Positions 40,772 through 53,650 of a DNA stretch of 64,000 nt are shown piece after piece. Every line of letters begins with the position of its first letter. The first letter of the stretch is position 1. Source of the stretch: Octopus vulgaris (taxonomy: Eukaryota); NCBI GenBank assembly GCA_951406725.2, contig OX597816.1, positions 93,868,001 to 93,932,000 of the forward strand, read 5' to 3'. A model generated the notes under the pieces. It was not told where the DNA came from. It saw only the letters and a program-made list of their open reading frames with translations, and did no database searches. A program made the position numbers and the translations under genes.

Positions 40772-41625
40772 AGTTTCAAATTTTGGCACAAGGCCAGCAG
40801 TTTTAGAAGAGGAGGCTAGTTGATTTCCTTGACTCCAAAACTCAACTGGTATTTATTCTATTGACCCCGGAAGGATAAAATGTGCAATTAGTTTCTGTTG
40901 AATTTAAACTCCGAACGTAAGGAACTGTTTAAGCATTTGGTCCGGCGTTGTAATGATTTTGCCAGCTCTCCGCCTTGAGTATGGCAATATTCTTTTCCTC
41001 TCTACTATAGGCACCAGGCCTGAAATTTTGGGTGGAGGGGATAAGTCGATTATATCGACCCCAGTGCTCAACTTCATTGAATCCGAAAAGATGAAAGACA
41101 AGGTCCACCTCGGTGGAATTTGAACTCAGAACGTAATGGCGGTCAGAATACTGCTAAACATTTTAGCCGGTGCGGTAATGAATCTGCCCGCTGGCCACCT
41201 TGAGTACGCTAATGTTACTAAATACTAAGGCGGCGAGCTGGCAGAAACGTTAGCACACCGGACGAAATGCTTAGCAGTATTTCATCTGCGTTACGTTGTG
41301 AGTTCAAATTCCGCCAAGGTCGACTTTGCCTTTCATCCTTTCGGGGTCGATAAATTAAGTACCAGTTACGCACTGGGGTCGATGTAATCGACTTAATACC
41401 TATGTCTGTCCTTGTTTGTCCCCTCTGTGTTTAGCCCCTTGTGGGTAATAAAGAAATAGGTATTTCGTCTGTCTTTCGTTCTGAGTTCAAATTCCGCCGA
41501 GGTCGACTTTGCCTTTCATACTTTAGAGGTCGATAAATTAAGTACCAGTTACTCACTGGGGTCGATCTAATCGACTGACCACCTTCCCTCAAAATTTCGA
41601 GCCTTGTACCTAGAGTGGAAACGAA
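40772..41625. mobile_element. SINE family A cluster: two minus copies (40772-40977, 40995-41202) head-to-head with a plus dimer (41228-41625)
   Basis: Heads and cores are visible in both orientations. Confidence 0.9.
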
Positions 41626-42311
41626 TATTACTAAATATTAACACCCATGAGATATCAACGGTTTATCGAGCTGGTATCAAGTTGTGTTGGTCTGAATTAT
41701 CCAAAAGACAAAAACTAGTGTGCACTTGGGTACACAGGCAAGGCTGAGGGATTAAAAATTCACTTCGCAATCATCAGGTACAGGGTTCGGTCCCACTGCC
41801 CTGTCCTTGTGGGTGAAACTCGATAGACGGAAACTGTGTCGAAGCTCGTCAGATAGGTTGTATCCGTAGTTTAATGGTCCCATTTAGTCACATATTGTAT
41901 TATATTAATTCTACCCGAGAATTTTATTTGGAGTGTACATTACTGTAGATTACTCCACCGCCTATTCGCAAATATAACATGTTAATATTTTACTTGATCG
42001 AGCAAGTGGAAGTAATCGCCGACAATGACGGAGGACCAATTAAATTAGTGTATCTTTTCGCTGATTTCTCAAAGGTCGTGGGAGTAATTTGTTCCCATCA
42101 ATGCAAGTAAATGCAATAGTTGTCAGCAATGCTTTTCGATAGTATATGTATTTTCAGCTCGATAGACTGAATCCGTAGGAGTTTTAAACATTTACCAATA
42201 AACATAGTTTAATGTTGATGAGAGAACGTGAATTATCGACACTTTAGTAGTGCCCTTACCACACGGCTACCAGCAACTCTCTACATGAGATATTTTACAG
42301 TTCGGTCTAAA

Positions 42312-42567
42312 AATAAAATGCTCCCCTTTTAAAGCCTAGCCAGGCTCATGGGCCCGATTTCCTGGTTTCTATGGCGTATGTGTTCCCCAGCTGGGCGGGA
42401 CGCCAGTCCATCGCAGCGTTACTCATTTTTGCCAGCTGAGTGGACTGGAACAACGTGAAATGAAGTGTTTTGCTCAAGAACACAACTCGTCGCCCGGTCC
42501 AGGAGTCAAAACCACAATCTTACGATCAAAGTGCTGACACCCTAACCACTAAACAACGCGCCTCCAC
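42312..42567 (-). mobile_element. SINE family C, full copy
   Basis: Reverse complement of 1816-2068. Confidence 0.9.
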
Positions 42568-43993
42568 ACAGTTCGGTCTATACTAATTTGAATATTTCTT
42601 TTGTGAATCGTAATGGATTAACGTTAGAGCCAAGAAAACATTTGTCATAGTAGCAATAAAAACACTGTGGTCGTACATAAGTATATCTTCAGTATCACAC
42701 ACGAAGAAGGAAGTGGCGGAGAGACAGCCTTCAGTTCTCGATATTTTTTACCCAACAGGTGGACAGTGGCGAACAGAAAATAAAAGTTGCTTCATACAAA
42801 CGTGTGTGTGTGTGTGTGAAAGTGCGTTTAGCTATGTGTATATTTTTGAGTTACATAGTTTCTATATTTCTGTGTGTGAGGAGTGCATCAGCTGCCTAAG
42901 TTAATGTTATCTTTGTATATTCTATTGAAGATTTTATCTCGTTAGTCTGGAGACGAATTTATTTACGCTAACCCAAAACTCTTTTATTAGCTGTTTCGTT
43001 TAGAAAGCTAAATCAGTCGTGATTTGAACTTACATAGATCTTCCCTAAACGACTTCCAGTAGTAAATATGCACCACCAGAAAAGCGGTAAGTCAGATAAG
43101 CACTCTATTTATCACTAGTTATAGCAGCTCGTTTTCAACATTAACACGCAGTATGTTTACAATTATTAATACATCAGATTGTTATTATTAGCTTTGTGTG
43201 ATATCAGGTGCTCAAACAGGCGACCAGCTGACGCCATAAGGCTGATCTCCACACTTCCCCTATTCTTCAACTTATTCCGGCTTCAGCAGTCTTCGTTCGC
43301 TTGCAGATCAAATGAATTTCTGAAAGCACTTTTGGATTCTTACTTTTGGCAACCATTCATGGGACAATGTTTTAATCTCTTTCCAGACCCTAGACAAACC
43401 GTCATCAGTTTGGACAGGTTAAATCGTAAGAAATGGACACTTGGGGATTATAAACATATATGAAATTAATGGAAAACAGAAACACACACAAACATATCGT
43501 ATACACACACGCACACACACGTATACATATATATATGTGTGTGTTTATACATAAGATAGATAGATAGATGTAGATATAGATATAGATATATATAAATATA
43601 TACACACACACACACATCGCATTTATATTTATAAGCACATATGCACATATGGACACCCGTAATATGATTTTGTGTGTATGTATATATTTATATTCATATA
43701 TTGACCCGTAGACACACACACATACATACGACATACACCCACAAAAAATATATATTTATATTTCTATATTCAAAGTGCCTCATACTTAGTGATACTGAAA
43801 GTGACATGTATCAACAAATGAAGTTAAGGATCTGATGAATACAATAGGTGTGTGGAAATAGAGAGAAGGAAATAGAGATAGAGAGAGGGAGAGAGGGTGG
43901 GGGAGAGAGAGAGACAAACAGGGGCAGAGATAGGGAGGTAGATGGATGGAGACGTACATACATATACACACGACAAATGCATATGTATATATA

Positions 43994-44028
<35 letters not shown>

Positions 44029-44030
44029 TC

Positions 44031-44061
<31 letters not shown>

Positions 44062-44311
44062 CATGCATACGTACATATATACGTACATACATACATACAT
44101 ACATACATACATACATACATACACACACACCTTCATGTGTGTGTATGCATGTATGTAAATACGTATGTCATTATTCAGTTTATAGCTAATAGAGAAAGAA
44201 CCGGTTTCTAACCTAGATCCAAGGCTTCTTCCTTGGAATTTCAACATCAACAACAAGGTATGTATGTATGTATGTATGTATGTATGTATGTATGTATGTA
44301 TGTATGTATGT

Positions 44312-45372
44312 AGGTGCAGATTTGTGTGTTTTATGTATGTATTCTCAAGCATATTCTTGAATATCTAGGCATGCTCATATATATTTAAATGATAAACTTC
44401 TTTTTTTACAGTTCCAGTGATGGATTGGATCTGTAGTCTTCGAATTAGCTTTCTCCTTTCAGGTTTTCAGAAGCCTAATTTCTCAAGATTGGTATTTAGG
44501 CAGTGTGTCCATATCTTAGGGCCCCAATAATTATATGTAAAACCTGAACTTGTAATCCGGATAAAGTTACTGCAGATTTCTCAATAGTTCAGCACAGGTA
44601 ATCCCTTTTTCACTGATCTTTACGTTTATAGCCACTGGGCAACTAATTTCCACAACTGTGCACAGTTTCTCTTCTCTATCCCAAATCATTATATCAGGTC
44701 TGTTGTGCTTACATTTTATTGAGGTTTTCATTGGTACATTCCACCAGTATTATGAGTGGCTAGGGATTCTACCATATTGTGGGTTCTTATTTTTTTTGTC
44801 CTTGGGATTATCCTTCCAATGGATTTCATTACAGTGTGCCCTAGCTACAACGTCATGTCTCATCGATAAATATACCGTGATGACATTTTCGGACAACTGT
44901 TTATGATGTGGGTGACATCTTCAGTGTGAACTCCACAAAGTCTGTATTGGTTGTCACATTTTACGGCTTTTCCCGCGTCTCTATCCCTTTTGTCCATCAG
45001 GTACTTGGTTGATATTTCCTGCTCCTGGATTGCAAACACATACCCTTCAAAGTGGGCGGTAGTAATCCGGCTATTGGTCCATGACAAACTGCTTTGATGA
45101 TCGATGTTACTATTATCACGGAGCTTTCTACTAACATATCCATGCATAGTCTTCTGCTCATACCGGCTCATCCTTTCATCTGATGATACGTTGCGGTTGA
45201 GTCATGCAACTTCTTTGGACATCTATTCTTGATTATCAGACAAAGAGTGTTGCTCAAGGAGCTGCCTTCCAAATCTTATGATGTTATCAGTCTCATGTAT
45301 ACAAACTTGGTTAAGGGATGCACTTCGACACTTGCTGGTTAAACGATGTTGCCGAAGGGATATGATGCAACA
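44312..45372 (-). mobile_element. 5'-truncated restriction-like-endonuclease LINE (3' UTR may extend to ~44165)
   Basis: EGYVFAIQEQEISTKY, decayed CCHC (YRLC..EDVTHIINSC), RHDVVA, HNRPDIMIWD...VEISCP (PD-(D/E)xK nuclease), IIGAL. Bounded by (TATG)n tracts. Confidence 0.92.
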
Positions 45373-45436
45373 TGTATGTATGTATGTATGTATGTATGTA
45401 TGTATGTATGTATGTATGTATGTATGTATGTATGTA

Positions 45437-45471
<35 letters not shown>

Positions 45472-45525
45472 ATGTATGTATGTATGTATGTATGTATGTA
45501 TGTATGTATGTATGTATGTATGTAT
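45373..45525. repeat. (TATG)n microsatellite with a TG interruption
   Basis: Direct tandem run. Confidence 0.95.
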
Positions 45526-45860
45526 ACAGGGTGGGCTAGACAACTTAGATCAGGACAAAGCACAAGAAAAATAAGACACCAAACCGAAAAATATCTCATT
45601 CTTAAAAAAGGGAAAATATAACACATTCATCTAGATACCTCGAAGAAGCAGTCTCTTCAACGACCTCGTCCTCATTTCCAGTGTGAGTTCAATGCATCTA
45701 TGGAAGTGAACGCATGCTTGAATTGAGTGACTCCATCCATCCCGCTCACCATAACCATGACAGCAACGCCTACGTGTTTTTTAAGGCATACTGCTACTGA
45801 TCATTCTCCACTCCGCGACATGACCGAGGTGTTTTAACGATCTAAATCAAGAGACCTTGT
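45526..45860 (-). mobile_element. Possible Tc1/mariner terminal fragment
   Basis: TA followed by CAGGGTG, a typical Tc1/mariner TIR start. Weak minus-strand similarity to a transposase C-terminus (QACVHFHRCIE). Confidence 0.35.
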
Positions 45861-46149
45861 AGGTTACATAGAGTGGGGGGCCGGGCCACATAGTAACTGG
45901 GTTGTCTCGGGCTTTGCTGAACATAAACTGCTCCTTCTTCATCCTACTGAACGTGTGCCTGATGTCCTCTTGCGCTACACGTCTGATAGAGGACATGTGG
46001 AACTCGGTAAAGATCAAGGGTGAGCATCTTAAGCTGCTCGCCAATGACCCTCGCCAACACAAGGAAGTTGCCACTGATGCTGTCTTGGACCTGCAAAGCA
46101 CTTTCAGCCACCATGACATAGATGTTAAGCTCAAATTTAATTTTAAATG

Positions 46150-46950
46150 ACGAAATGTCGACAAAATTCTCCATTATATAAATTTTAGCAATTTCTTGCA
46201 CTGGATAGTGACGAAGAATCTAAACATCGGAGCAGGAAAGTAAAATTGTTGGCAAATTTGATCTTTTCATGTTTGGGCAAGAACTCTGGAAGAACATCAT
46301 GTTTTTCTCTCCATTAGTGCTCAATTAAAATTTTTCAGCTATTGGCCTCTTCTGTTCACCACAAATTGTAATATAGCAATTGTTTTTATTCATCCATGAG
46401 ATCAAATATTTGGCCTCCTTTTTGACTCTATTCAGAATTATGCATATCGAGAACAAGTGGTAAGTTAGTACTCATATGTGTTTTAAGAAAGCAAAAGTTT
46501 TAAAATAATAAGAGCCTTTTCCTGGATTTGTCAAATTAAAAAGAAAGAATGCTAAAAACTTGATGGAAGTAATTTAGAATCAACTTACTTGAATAAGACG
46601 AAATACCATTATATAACCCTCGCTTGAAAGTTGTGACAATGCTGTATTTAAAACTGGCTATAAAAATGGTGTTCAAAAATGGTGTTCATTTTTAAAAATT
46701 GCCAAGTTAACTGTAATTATTATTTGTAAACTCTCAATTTGGTTGCAATGCTTACCATGGTGTATTGATGGTAATTTTTTCGGTGTAATCCATTCTTTTC
46801 GTTCGTTCTCTTCCTGCTTAGCACCCCGTTGGCAAAGTTGATAGATAGCATATCAAAAGTTTTCAATTCTGGTGATACAAGAAGTGACAAGGCAGGTTCT
46901 GCATTCTAAGCTTTCATTTCTTGGTCTTACTTGGATTTTGGGACGGACTT
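46150..46950 (+). mobile_element. Decayed hAT transposase fossil (ZMYM1/Tip100-like)
   Basis: Across frames: FGLLFDSIQNYAYREQ (~FDSTPD..H.EQ), AFPGFVKLKRKNA, SCDNAVFKTGYKNGVQK (~YDNAA.MAG...GVQ), FFGVIHS...RW. Confidence 0.65.
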
Positions 46951-47761
46951 TGCTCAAGAGCAACTCAAAGATCATAATATGAATTTTTCTAATGCTGTAT
47001 GTGATTTAATATATTTCATATATTTACTTTTTCAGCAGTTTTGGATTATTGGTCAATGATCACATGAAGCTGGAATGACACTAAGTAATGAATTAAATGT
47101 TTAGCTCATAATTCCATATATAGCATTTGTTAATATTTTCTGTTGAGCTAAGAAGTTCGTTTTATGTAGGAGACTGTGAAATGACAAATGGAAACGTTTC
47201 TCTCATAACTGTAAGCAAAATACTTCACCTTTAATCGGAAGTTCAAAACTAATTATATGTAGTTCTTCAGATTGTTATAAAGTGTCTAGTAGCGTGAATT
47301 TGTCATTGCAGAAATGTGGTCCAAACTGTTAATAAGCAGTGTGTGCAATCTCACGTATATTAAACTTAACGATCTTCCAATTTCAAATCTGGAAACTAGA
47401 TGACTATATACATAAATGTCTTAAGTATTGTTGTTCAATAACTGATACACAATAAAAAAAATAGTGTACAAGAAAAGTGTAGACTCAGTTCAGAAATTCT
47501 GCTAAAACTTTCTTTAAGTGCAAAAACATCAAGGTGAGACTAAATAACTCATTTCATGAAATGTGCCTAACAAACTTTATTGCTTAGAGATCGTAAAACA
47601 CCGAGCCAGTCCACGGTGCTACCTAACCAGATCGTGGGACGCTTGAGACATATTCAAACTTGTAAGAAAGCCATTCACTGTATTTGTAGTGGAAAACATT
47701 TCTCGCCGTTGACAAATTGGTGTAAAAACACCGAGTTAGCCCACAGCGGTACCTAACCAGA

Positions 47762-47809
47762 CCGCAGCATACATGCATTTCGGAATGGTTATCTCCTCTT
47801 CAGCCACAG
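47762..47809 (-). ncRNA. Weak/decayed hammerhead ribozyme motif
   Basis: Minus strand ctgtgg-CTGAAGA-GGAG ataacca TTCC-GAAA-TGCATGTAT-G-ctgcgg. Stem II and a near-palindromic stem III are present; the cleavage-site register is ambiguous. Confidence 0.4.
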
Positions 47810-47893
47810 AGTCCGGAAACATTAATAAGTAATAAATATAAGATGTATATGACAAAAGCAAAGTAATAATAGTACAAGATAAACTGTAATAAG

Positions 47894-47940
<47 letters not shown>

Positions 47941-48819
47941 AAAGAAAAAATGAACTGGTATAAAACTCCACATCTCATTTCAAAGATCACTCTCTTCCGA
48001 GAAGATATAAAAAGTAATGGTAAAAAGTACGACTGTTGTGAGAAAGGAAGAAGAGACCTCACTCTTTCTAAACTTCTTAGGAGAACTTCTTTCTTCTATA
48101 GTATATTCAATAGGGTGTTCTATTACAGAAGAAGAAACAGTCGGGGTCATTTTTTACATAAAAGTATGCAAAATGGATTATCGCCACTTCTTCCGTACAG
48201 TTAAAAAACATTGTAATACTTTGATAGAAAAATAGCTTACACTTGATTCAGCATCCGCTAACAAATGGCGTGTCGTTTTCACAATGTGTGTTCCTGATAT
48301 GGCTTTTTTCTGTTGGTCCCTTACGTCACAGTCCAATCAGTGCTGCAAGGTTTCAGCCTCTTCTTGATGAACAGTTTTTTGTATGTTCCCCGTCAAATCA
48401 TTCACGTTATTTGCGTTCCTTTCCAGATCTACGTGATTACCCAAACCGTAGACTCTCTCTGGAATATTTTAAAGAATCTGGTCACAATGTTCTTCAAGAA
48501 GAGTTCAGACATTAGGAAAATGTTCTTCCTATGGTTTCACTATTAAACATAACATCTTCTGAAACACTTTTGGAGTTACATCAGTAAAAGAGGCCGCTTA
48601 AAAACAGGTCATGATGCAGATGTTTTATGTGGTATGCAGGATTTAACATTTCCTATCTCGCCTTGATCCATCGGGTGCAGCAAAGAAGTGGTATTAGGAA
48701 GCAGGAAATAGACTTTCATAAAAATGAAACTCCTGTAGCATTTGATTCATGTGATTAACAGCAATAATAAATAAATATATAAAAGAAAAGTAAAAATAAA
48801 TGTTATTAAAAATCCATAC

Positions 48820-49250
48820 CGTAGGAGTGGCTGTGTGGTAAGTAGCTTGCTTACCAACCACATAGTTCCGAATTCAGTCCCACTACGTGGCACCTTGGGC
48901 AAGTGTCTTCTACTACAGCCTCGGGCCAACCAAAGCCTTGTAAGTGGATTTGGTAGACGGAAACTGAAAAGAAGCCCGTCGTATATATATATGTATATAT
49001 ATGTATGTGTGTGTGTGTTGTATGTTTGAGTGTCAGCGTTTGTTCTCCCAACATCACTTGACAACCGATGTTGGTGTGTTTACGTCCCCGTAACTTAACG
49101 GTTCGATAAATGAGACCGATAGAATAAGTACTAGGCTTACAAAGAATAAGTCATGGGCCCGATTTGCTCGACTAAAGGCGGTGTTCCAGTATGGCCTCAA
49201 TCAAAATGACTGAAACAAGTAAAAGAGTAAAGGGAGTAAAGAGTAAGAGT
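48820..49250 (+). mobile_element. SINE family B, full copy
   Basis: Head, CORE-like caccttgggcaagtgtctt, and tail gactgaaacaagtaaaagag. Confidence 0.92.
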
Positions 49251-50243
49251 ACCGCATTCCAAATATCACTTGAAGATATAAAAAGTAAATCATAAATTAC
49301 CTATAAAATAAAAATACTTTATTAATGTTAAAAAAAAATTTAATTTTAAGAACAAAATATTATAAATTACACAATTAAAAAGTCACACGAATTCTCACCG
49401 AAGTTTAAAGGCTGTTCGACCAAAGAGTAAAATGTTCTTGGGGTAGTCATCGTTGGAAAGCATACCAGTGAACCACATCATAGAATTTCAAGTAACACAA
49501 GCATTCTTGTTGGAAACATATTTTCAATGTCTAGAGAAGAATATATAAGCATAATGCAAACTGTGTATAAGAAATCTCCGCCAGCGAGAATAGTAGTCGT
49601 AGTAAAATTTTATTCAGCATGTGTTGAAGGGAGTATAATGCCCTTTATTAATTTATCAAATGTTTATCCATTATGTCTTTAGATATAGTGAGGTCATGGT
49701 CTCTATAGAATCTAAAAATCTATGTCTTGCTGAGTGCGGCTAATTCATATGTATCCCTTCAAGGTCACATGTTTCTTCAGTCTTGTAAGCCCCCAAAATG
49801 AAGTGGTAAGTGCCTACTTGATCAGGTTTCTTACTCCTGGTAGCATCTCTGTCAAAAATGATAGCATTACTGGCATGCATGATAGTGTCAACATCGTTGC
49901 CTTCTATATTATTATAGCCATTGACCAAGTTTATTGTACTATCGTACATGGGCTTAAAAATAAAGGTGTAACTATATGCGGTGTGCATGCGTGCATGTGT
50001 GTATGTTCATATATGCATAATCGATATGATGAAAGAATACATTTGATGAATTCTACTGAAAAAAGGGGCTATTAGTTTATGGTATCCTTTTGTAGTGGTC
50101 CACAAATTAAACAAATTAAAGTATCCTTTTGTTGCTTTGCTGGAACTTACATACAGTGCTCTGTGCATAATGCTTACGTACTAACAACTAAGCATTTTGT
50201 TTGGTGGGCTAATGGCTTTGCCAGTTCGCCACCTTAATAACAA

Positions 50244-50325
<82 letters not shown>

Positions 50326-50345
50326 GGTGTTGATGGTGGTGATGG

Positions 50346-50386
<41 letters not shown>

Positions 50387-50416
50387 GGTGGTGTTGATGG
50401 TGGTGATGGGTAGTAT

Positions 50417-50460
<44 letters not shown>
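50244..50460. repeat. (TAG)n/(TGG)n compound microsatellite
   Basis: Direct tandem runs. Confidence 0.95.
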
Positions 50461-50461
50461 A

Positions 50462-51016
50462 ATGCCCTGATGCAATACCAGGCAGTAGCTCTCATGGATT
50501 CTGATCTTAACTAACTGGAAGTGTTATCATGTACATTGTTTTGTCTTGGTATTAATGATGGGCTACAGCAAATATTCTGCTCAATACCACAGATTTGCTT
50601 GTCTGTTGTTTGATCTTAACCAGTTGAGCATGTCTCTTAGTGGCTGACAATATATACATCTCTGATCCCGAGCAGGAGTAGTTGGGTAGCATCATAGCAA
50701 TGTGTTGAGAGGAATTTTGGGGGGTTTAAATAATTTATCTCTGATAACATGGGTGTTTCATTCAACATTATTAAACAACCCTTATTCAAGGACCTTTTGA
50801 GCAGTATGGGGTACCCGACCTGAAGAAAATCCTAACTAGGTCTCTACTGCAAGGTCATGCGCTGTTTATCTTGATATGAGTTCACCAAGTCGCCCACATA
50901 TGGTCATGATGCATGTGCCTGATGTACCCTTACCAGACGGATAGTTATGATGGATAGACTATACTTCATATATTTTACCCCAGTGTCATTTGATGCCTTG
51001 CACAGCTCTCTCACTC
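50462..51016 (+). mobile_element. ~555-bp non-autonomous element D, second full copy
   Basis: Colinear with the reverse complement of 4995-5553; followed by (AAC)/(AAT)n. Confidence 0.85.
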
Positions 51017-51179
51017 AACAACAACAATAACAACAACAATATTAATAATAATAATAAGTTTGGAATTTTGGTACGACGCCATGAAAAAAGTTAAATATTT
51101 AGGTGTTAATAAAAAATGTGGAAGATGCTATTTATGTTGAGTTAATAATTCTGCAGGAAAAATTGGTGTCAAGGTATAT

Positions 51180-52500
51180 ATTAGAAAGTAAATAAACCAG
51201 TTCTCCAATACTAGATAGGGTTACTTAATGGGCTAAAAAATGGTTTGAAAATATTTTATTGATTTAAACAAGAATCTATTTTTTCGAGTAATTTTTAAAA
51301 GATGTCTTTTGTATAGAACATTTCACAAGCCCTTGCAATAGTGCAGAGCTTGCTTCGTCTCTTCTTTCCAGGGCGTGATTTTGCCTTAGAGAGAATATTT
51401 CAATTTAAATTATATGGTATATTCACATTCTTTCAATTCTCAAACGTAACTCGAAAGTGAAATGGCATTATTTATAGCACAATTTCGAAAGTGTGGATGT
51501 TCTCTTGCGAAGAGACAAATGTATCTTAGTAGAAATTGCAGTTTGTGCATTACGATGGTAAACAGAATGAAGTTTGTAGTTTATTTGCCCGAGGACGCAA
51601 TTATTTGAGTACAGGAAAGTATTGATATTGATATTGATATTTTAGTTTTGCTAAATTTGGCTAGATTAGTAGATACGATAGTTTCGGCAAAGTTAGGTGC
51701 TGTCGAATAAGTGACTTTAAAAGTAATTTAAAGATTCTAGAGCTTATATTTTAGTAGGTATATTCAGATGTTTCTTCATTTCAAAATTGTAAACATTCAA
51801 TAACTCAACAAATAGGAACAAACCACAAATTCGAATACCTTAACTCAATCGCTTTAATAACATAGCCTTTCTATCTACGAAATCTATTAAGCAACTCATA
51901 CTGTAGACGGAATGTTTTAACAAAAATATGAGATGATATGCTTTTTGTTTTGACAAAAATGATGAAAACTTAAGAACTATAATGAATTCGGGTTTAGATC
52001 AATTATGAGGCTTTCCGTTAATCGATTGATATTACCATTTGGGGATGAATTATAAACTCTCATTGGAAACATTACATTTTAGTAACACGATAATTCTTTC
52101 TAACAAGATTTTAATAAAAAGAAAAAAGAAAAATCTGGTATTTTAGAAACGCGCTTGAGAATTCGATAAGACTGAGAACTTGTGCTAAATAGATAATAAA
52201 TTTTACCATAGCTTTGTCTTCAACCCTATCCAATGTTTATATAAGAACACACATCAGAACATTGAATAATATTAATAATGAGGATCTACAGAATACCTTT
52301 GTAAAAGTACTAAGCACTCCCCTTAGACAACGCTTAATGAACGTAAAGCTAATTTCAATAAAGTTCCATCAATTTAAGTTTTTTAACTCTCCAAAATCTG
52401 ACACAAGTATAACCAGTTCCCAAATTTCAAGTAACATTTTACCGAAAGCTCACGTTGATATCCTTAAGCTTATGGTAAAATACTCAAGGTGTCACTAATT
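51180..52500 (-). mobile_element. Decayed Penelope-like element (RT thumb, linker and GIY-YIG region)
   Basis: Across minus-strand frames: EIWELV (~E.CELVG), RKPHN, LWFVP (~IWFNPP), FKVTYSTAPNF (~VKVSYSCMPN), SLSSYV*ELKE.NIPYNLN*NILSKAKS (~LSKH.W.LK....Y.I.W.IL.KA). Confidence 0.65.
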
Positions 52501-53089
52501 AGTTTAGAAGCCCTACTAAAACTTACTCTCAGCTCGAAGGTGGTTTCTATTATTTTGACAGCCTGTTATCTATGAACTGTAATCTTCGAATTACAGATAG
52601 AGTTTTAAAAGATTCACAGCTTTTTAAGAACCCAGGACCGCTTAGAACTCACCTTAGAAACTAATTTCACTATATCTAACTTCTTAGTCCAATAATTTAT
52701 ACAACCTATTTCATAAACGCGCTGAAACTCTGGACTGTGCACATAAACACCTAGACTAACCCAGGACAACCATAAATAACCTAGTAGGACAATATCATTT
52801 AGACAATAGAATATTTACACATATGAATAAATATCTGAGAATGTTTCAAGGTATTACAATAAATGGGAATTGTTTAGGTGTCTTAAAAGTTTCCAGAAAT
52901 CGACGAGTTTCATGGTAGATGTTTTAAACATCCCTGGGTTGTGCATCAATGATATTGGCATTGGTTGTAAGCAGCGTAAGAATTGGTTTGATTAGGTTCA
53001 GTCTGTCTGCTGTAAAAGAAAGCATTTAACTTGTGCGGTGCAGAAACCATCCAATGATGGTCAAAATCTAGAGCTTGTCCGCTGATAAA

Positions 53090-53650
53090 GTTACTCTACC
53101 TTTCTCACCTGCACCTGCAGCACTGAACACATATTTATATACCTCAACCAGTTCTTTTTACCCTTGGTAGCTGCCTCCATCACATATCTTTGGCAGAAAT
53201 CATACACTCCATCTTTTCAACTCCTTTATTCTACTGGTCACTTCCAGTTATTTTTCCATATAGAATTTAAAACTTTCTGTATTGTTATACCCCAGTATTG
53301 ACAGATCCCTAGCCCCCAAATTGAACTAACGCACTATGTTTCAGTATAGTGCAACCACCAAACTCGTCCTCATTATCAGTAATTCTTTCTTTTTCCAGAA
53401 ATTTCTAGTGACAGTTCTCTGGCGTGGTCACTTGTACCATGATGGGGATCAACTTTATCAGCGAATTTGTTAGCTACTCTTCAGGTTCAGATTTTCCACA
53501 CATTTCATCAGCTCTTCACATGAGCTATATGCTCGTTATATTGACGACTGCATCGGCGCCACCGCCTTTAATTACCAGCAGCTCACTTCCTTCATTTCCT
53601 TCGTTAACTCCTTCCACTCTATCAGGGAAATCACATCTATCAATTTCATC
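53090..53650 (+). mobile_element. Penelope-like reverse transcriptase fragment
   Basis: TCSTEHIFIYL (~CSCPTELIS.YLD), GVVTCTMMGINF..FVSY (~GVAMGT.MGP.YA.LFVGY), ELYARYIDDCIGA...FISFVNSFH. Confidence 0.85.

Noticed and set aside
48150-48560. Possible Tc1 transposase fossil on the minus strand
   Set aside because: Similarity to the HTH and KPF motifs is too degenerate, and no TIR was found.
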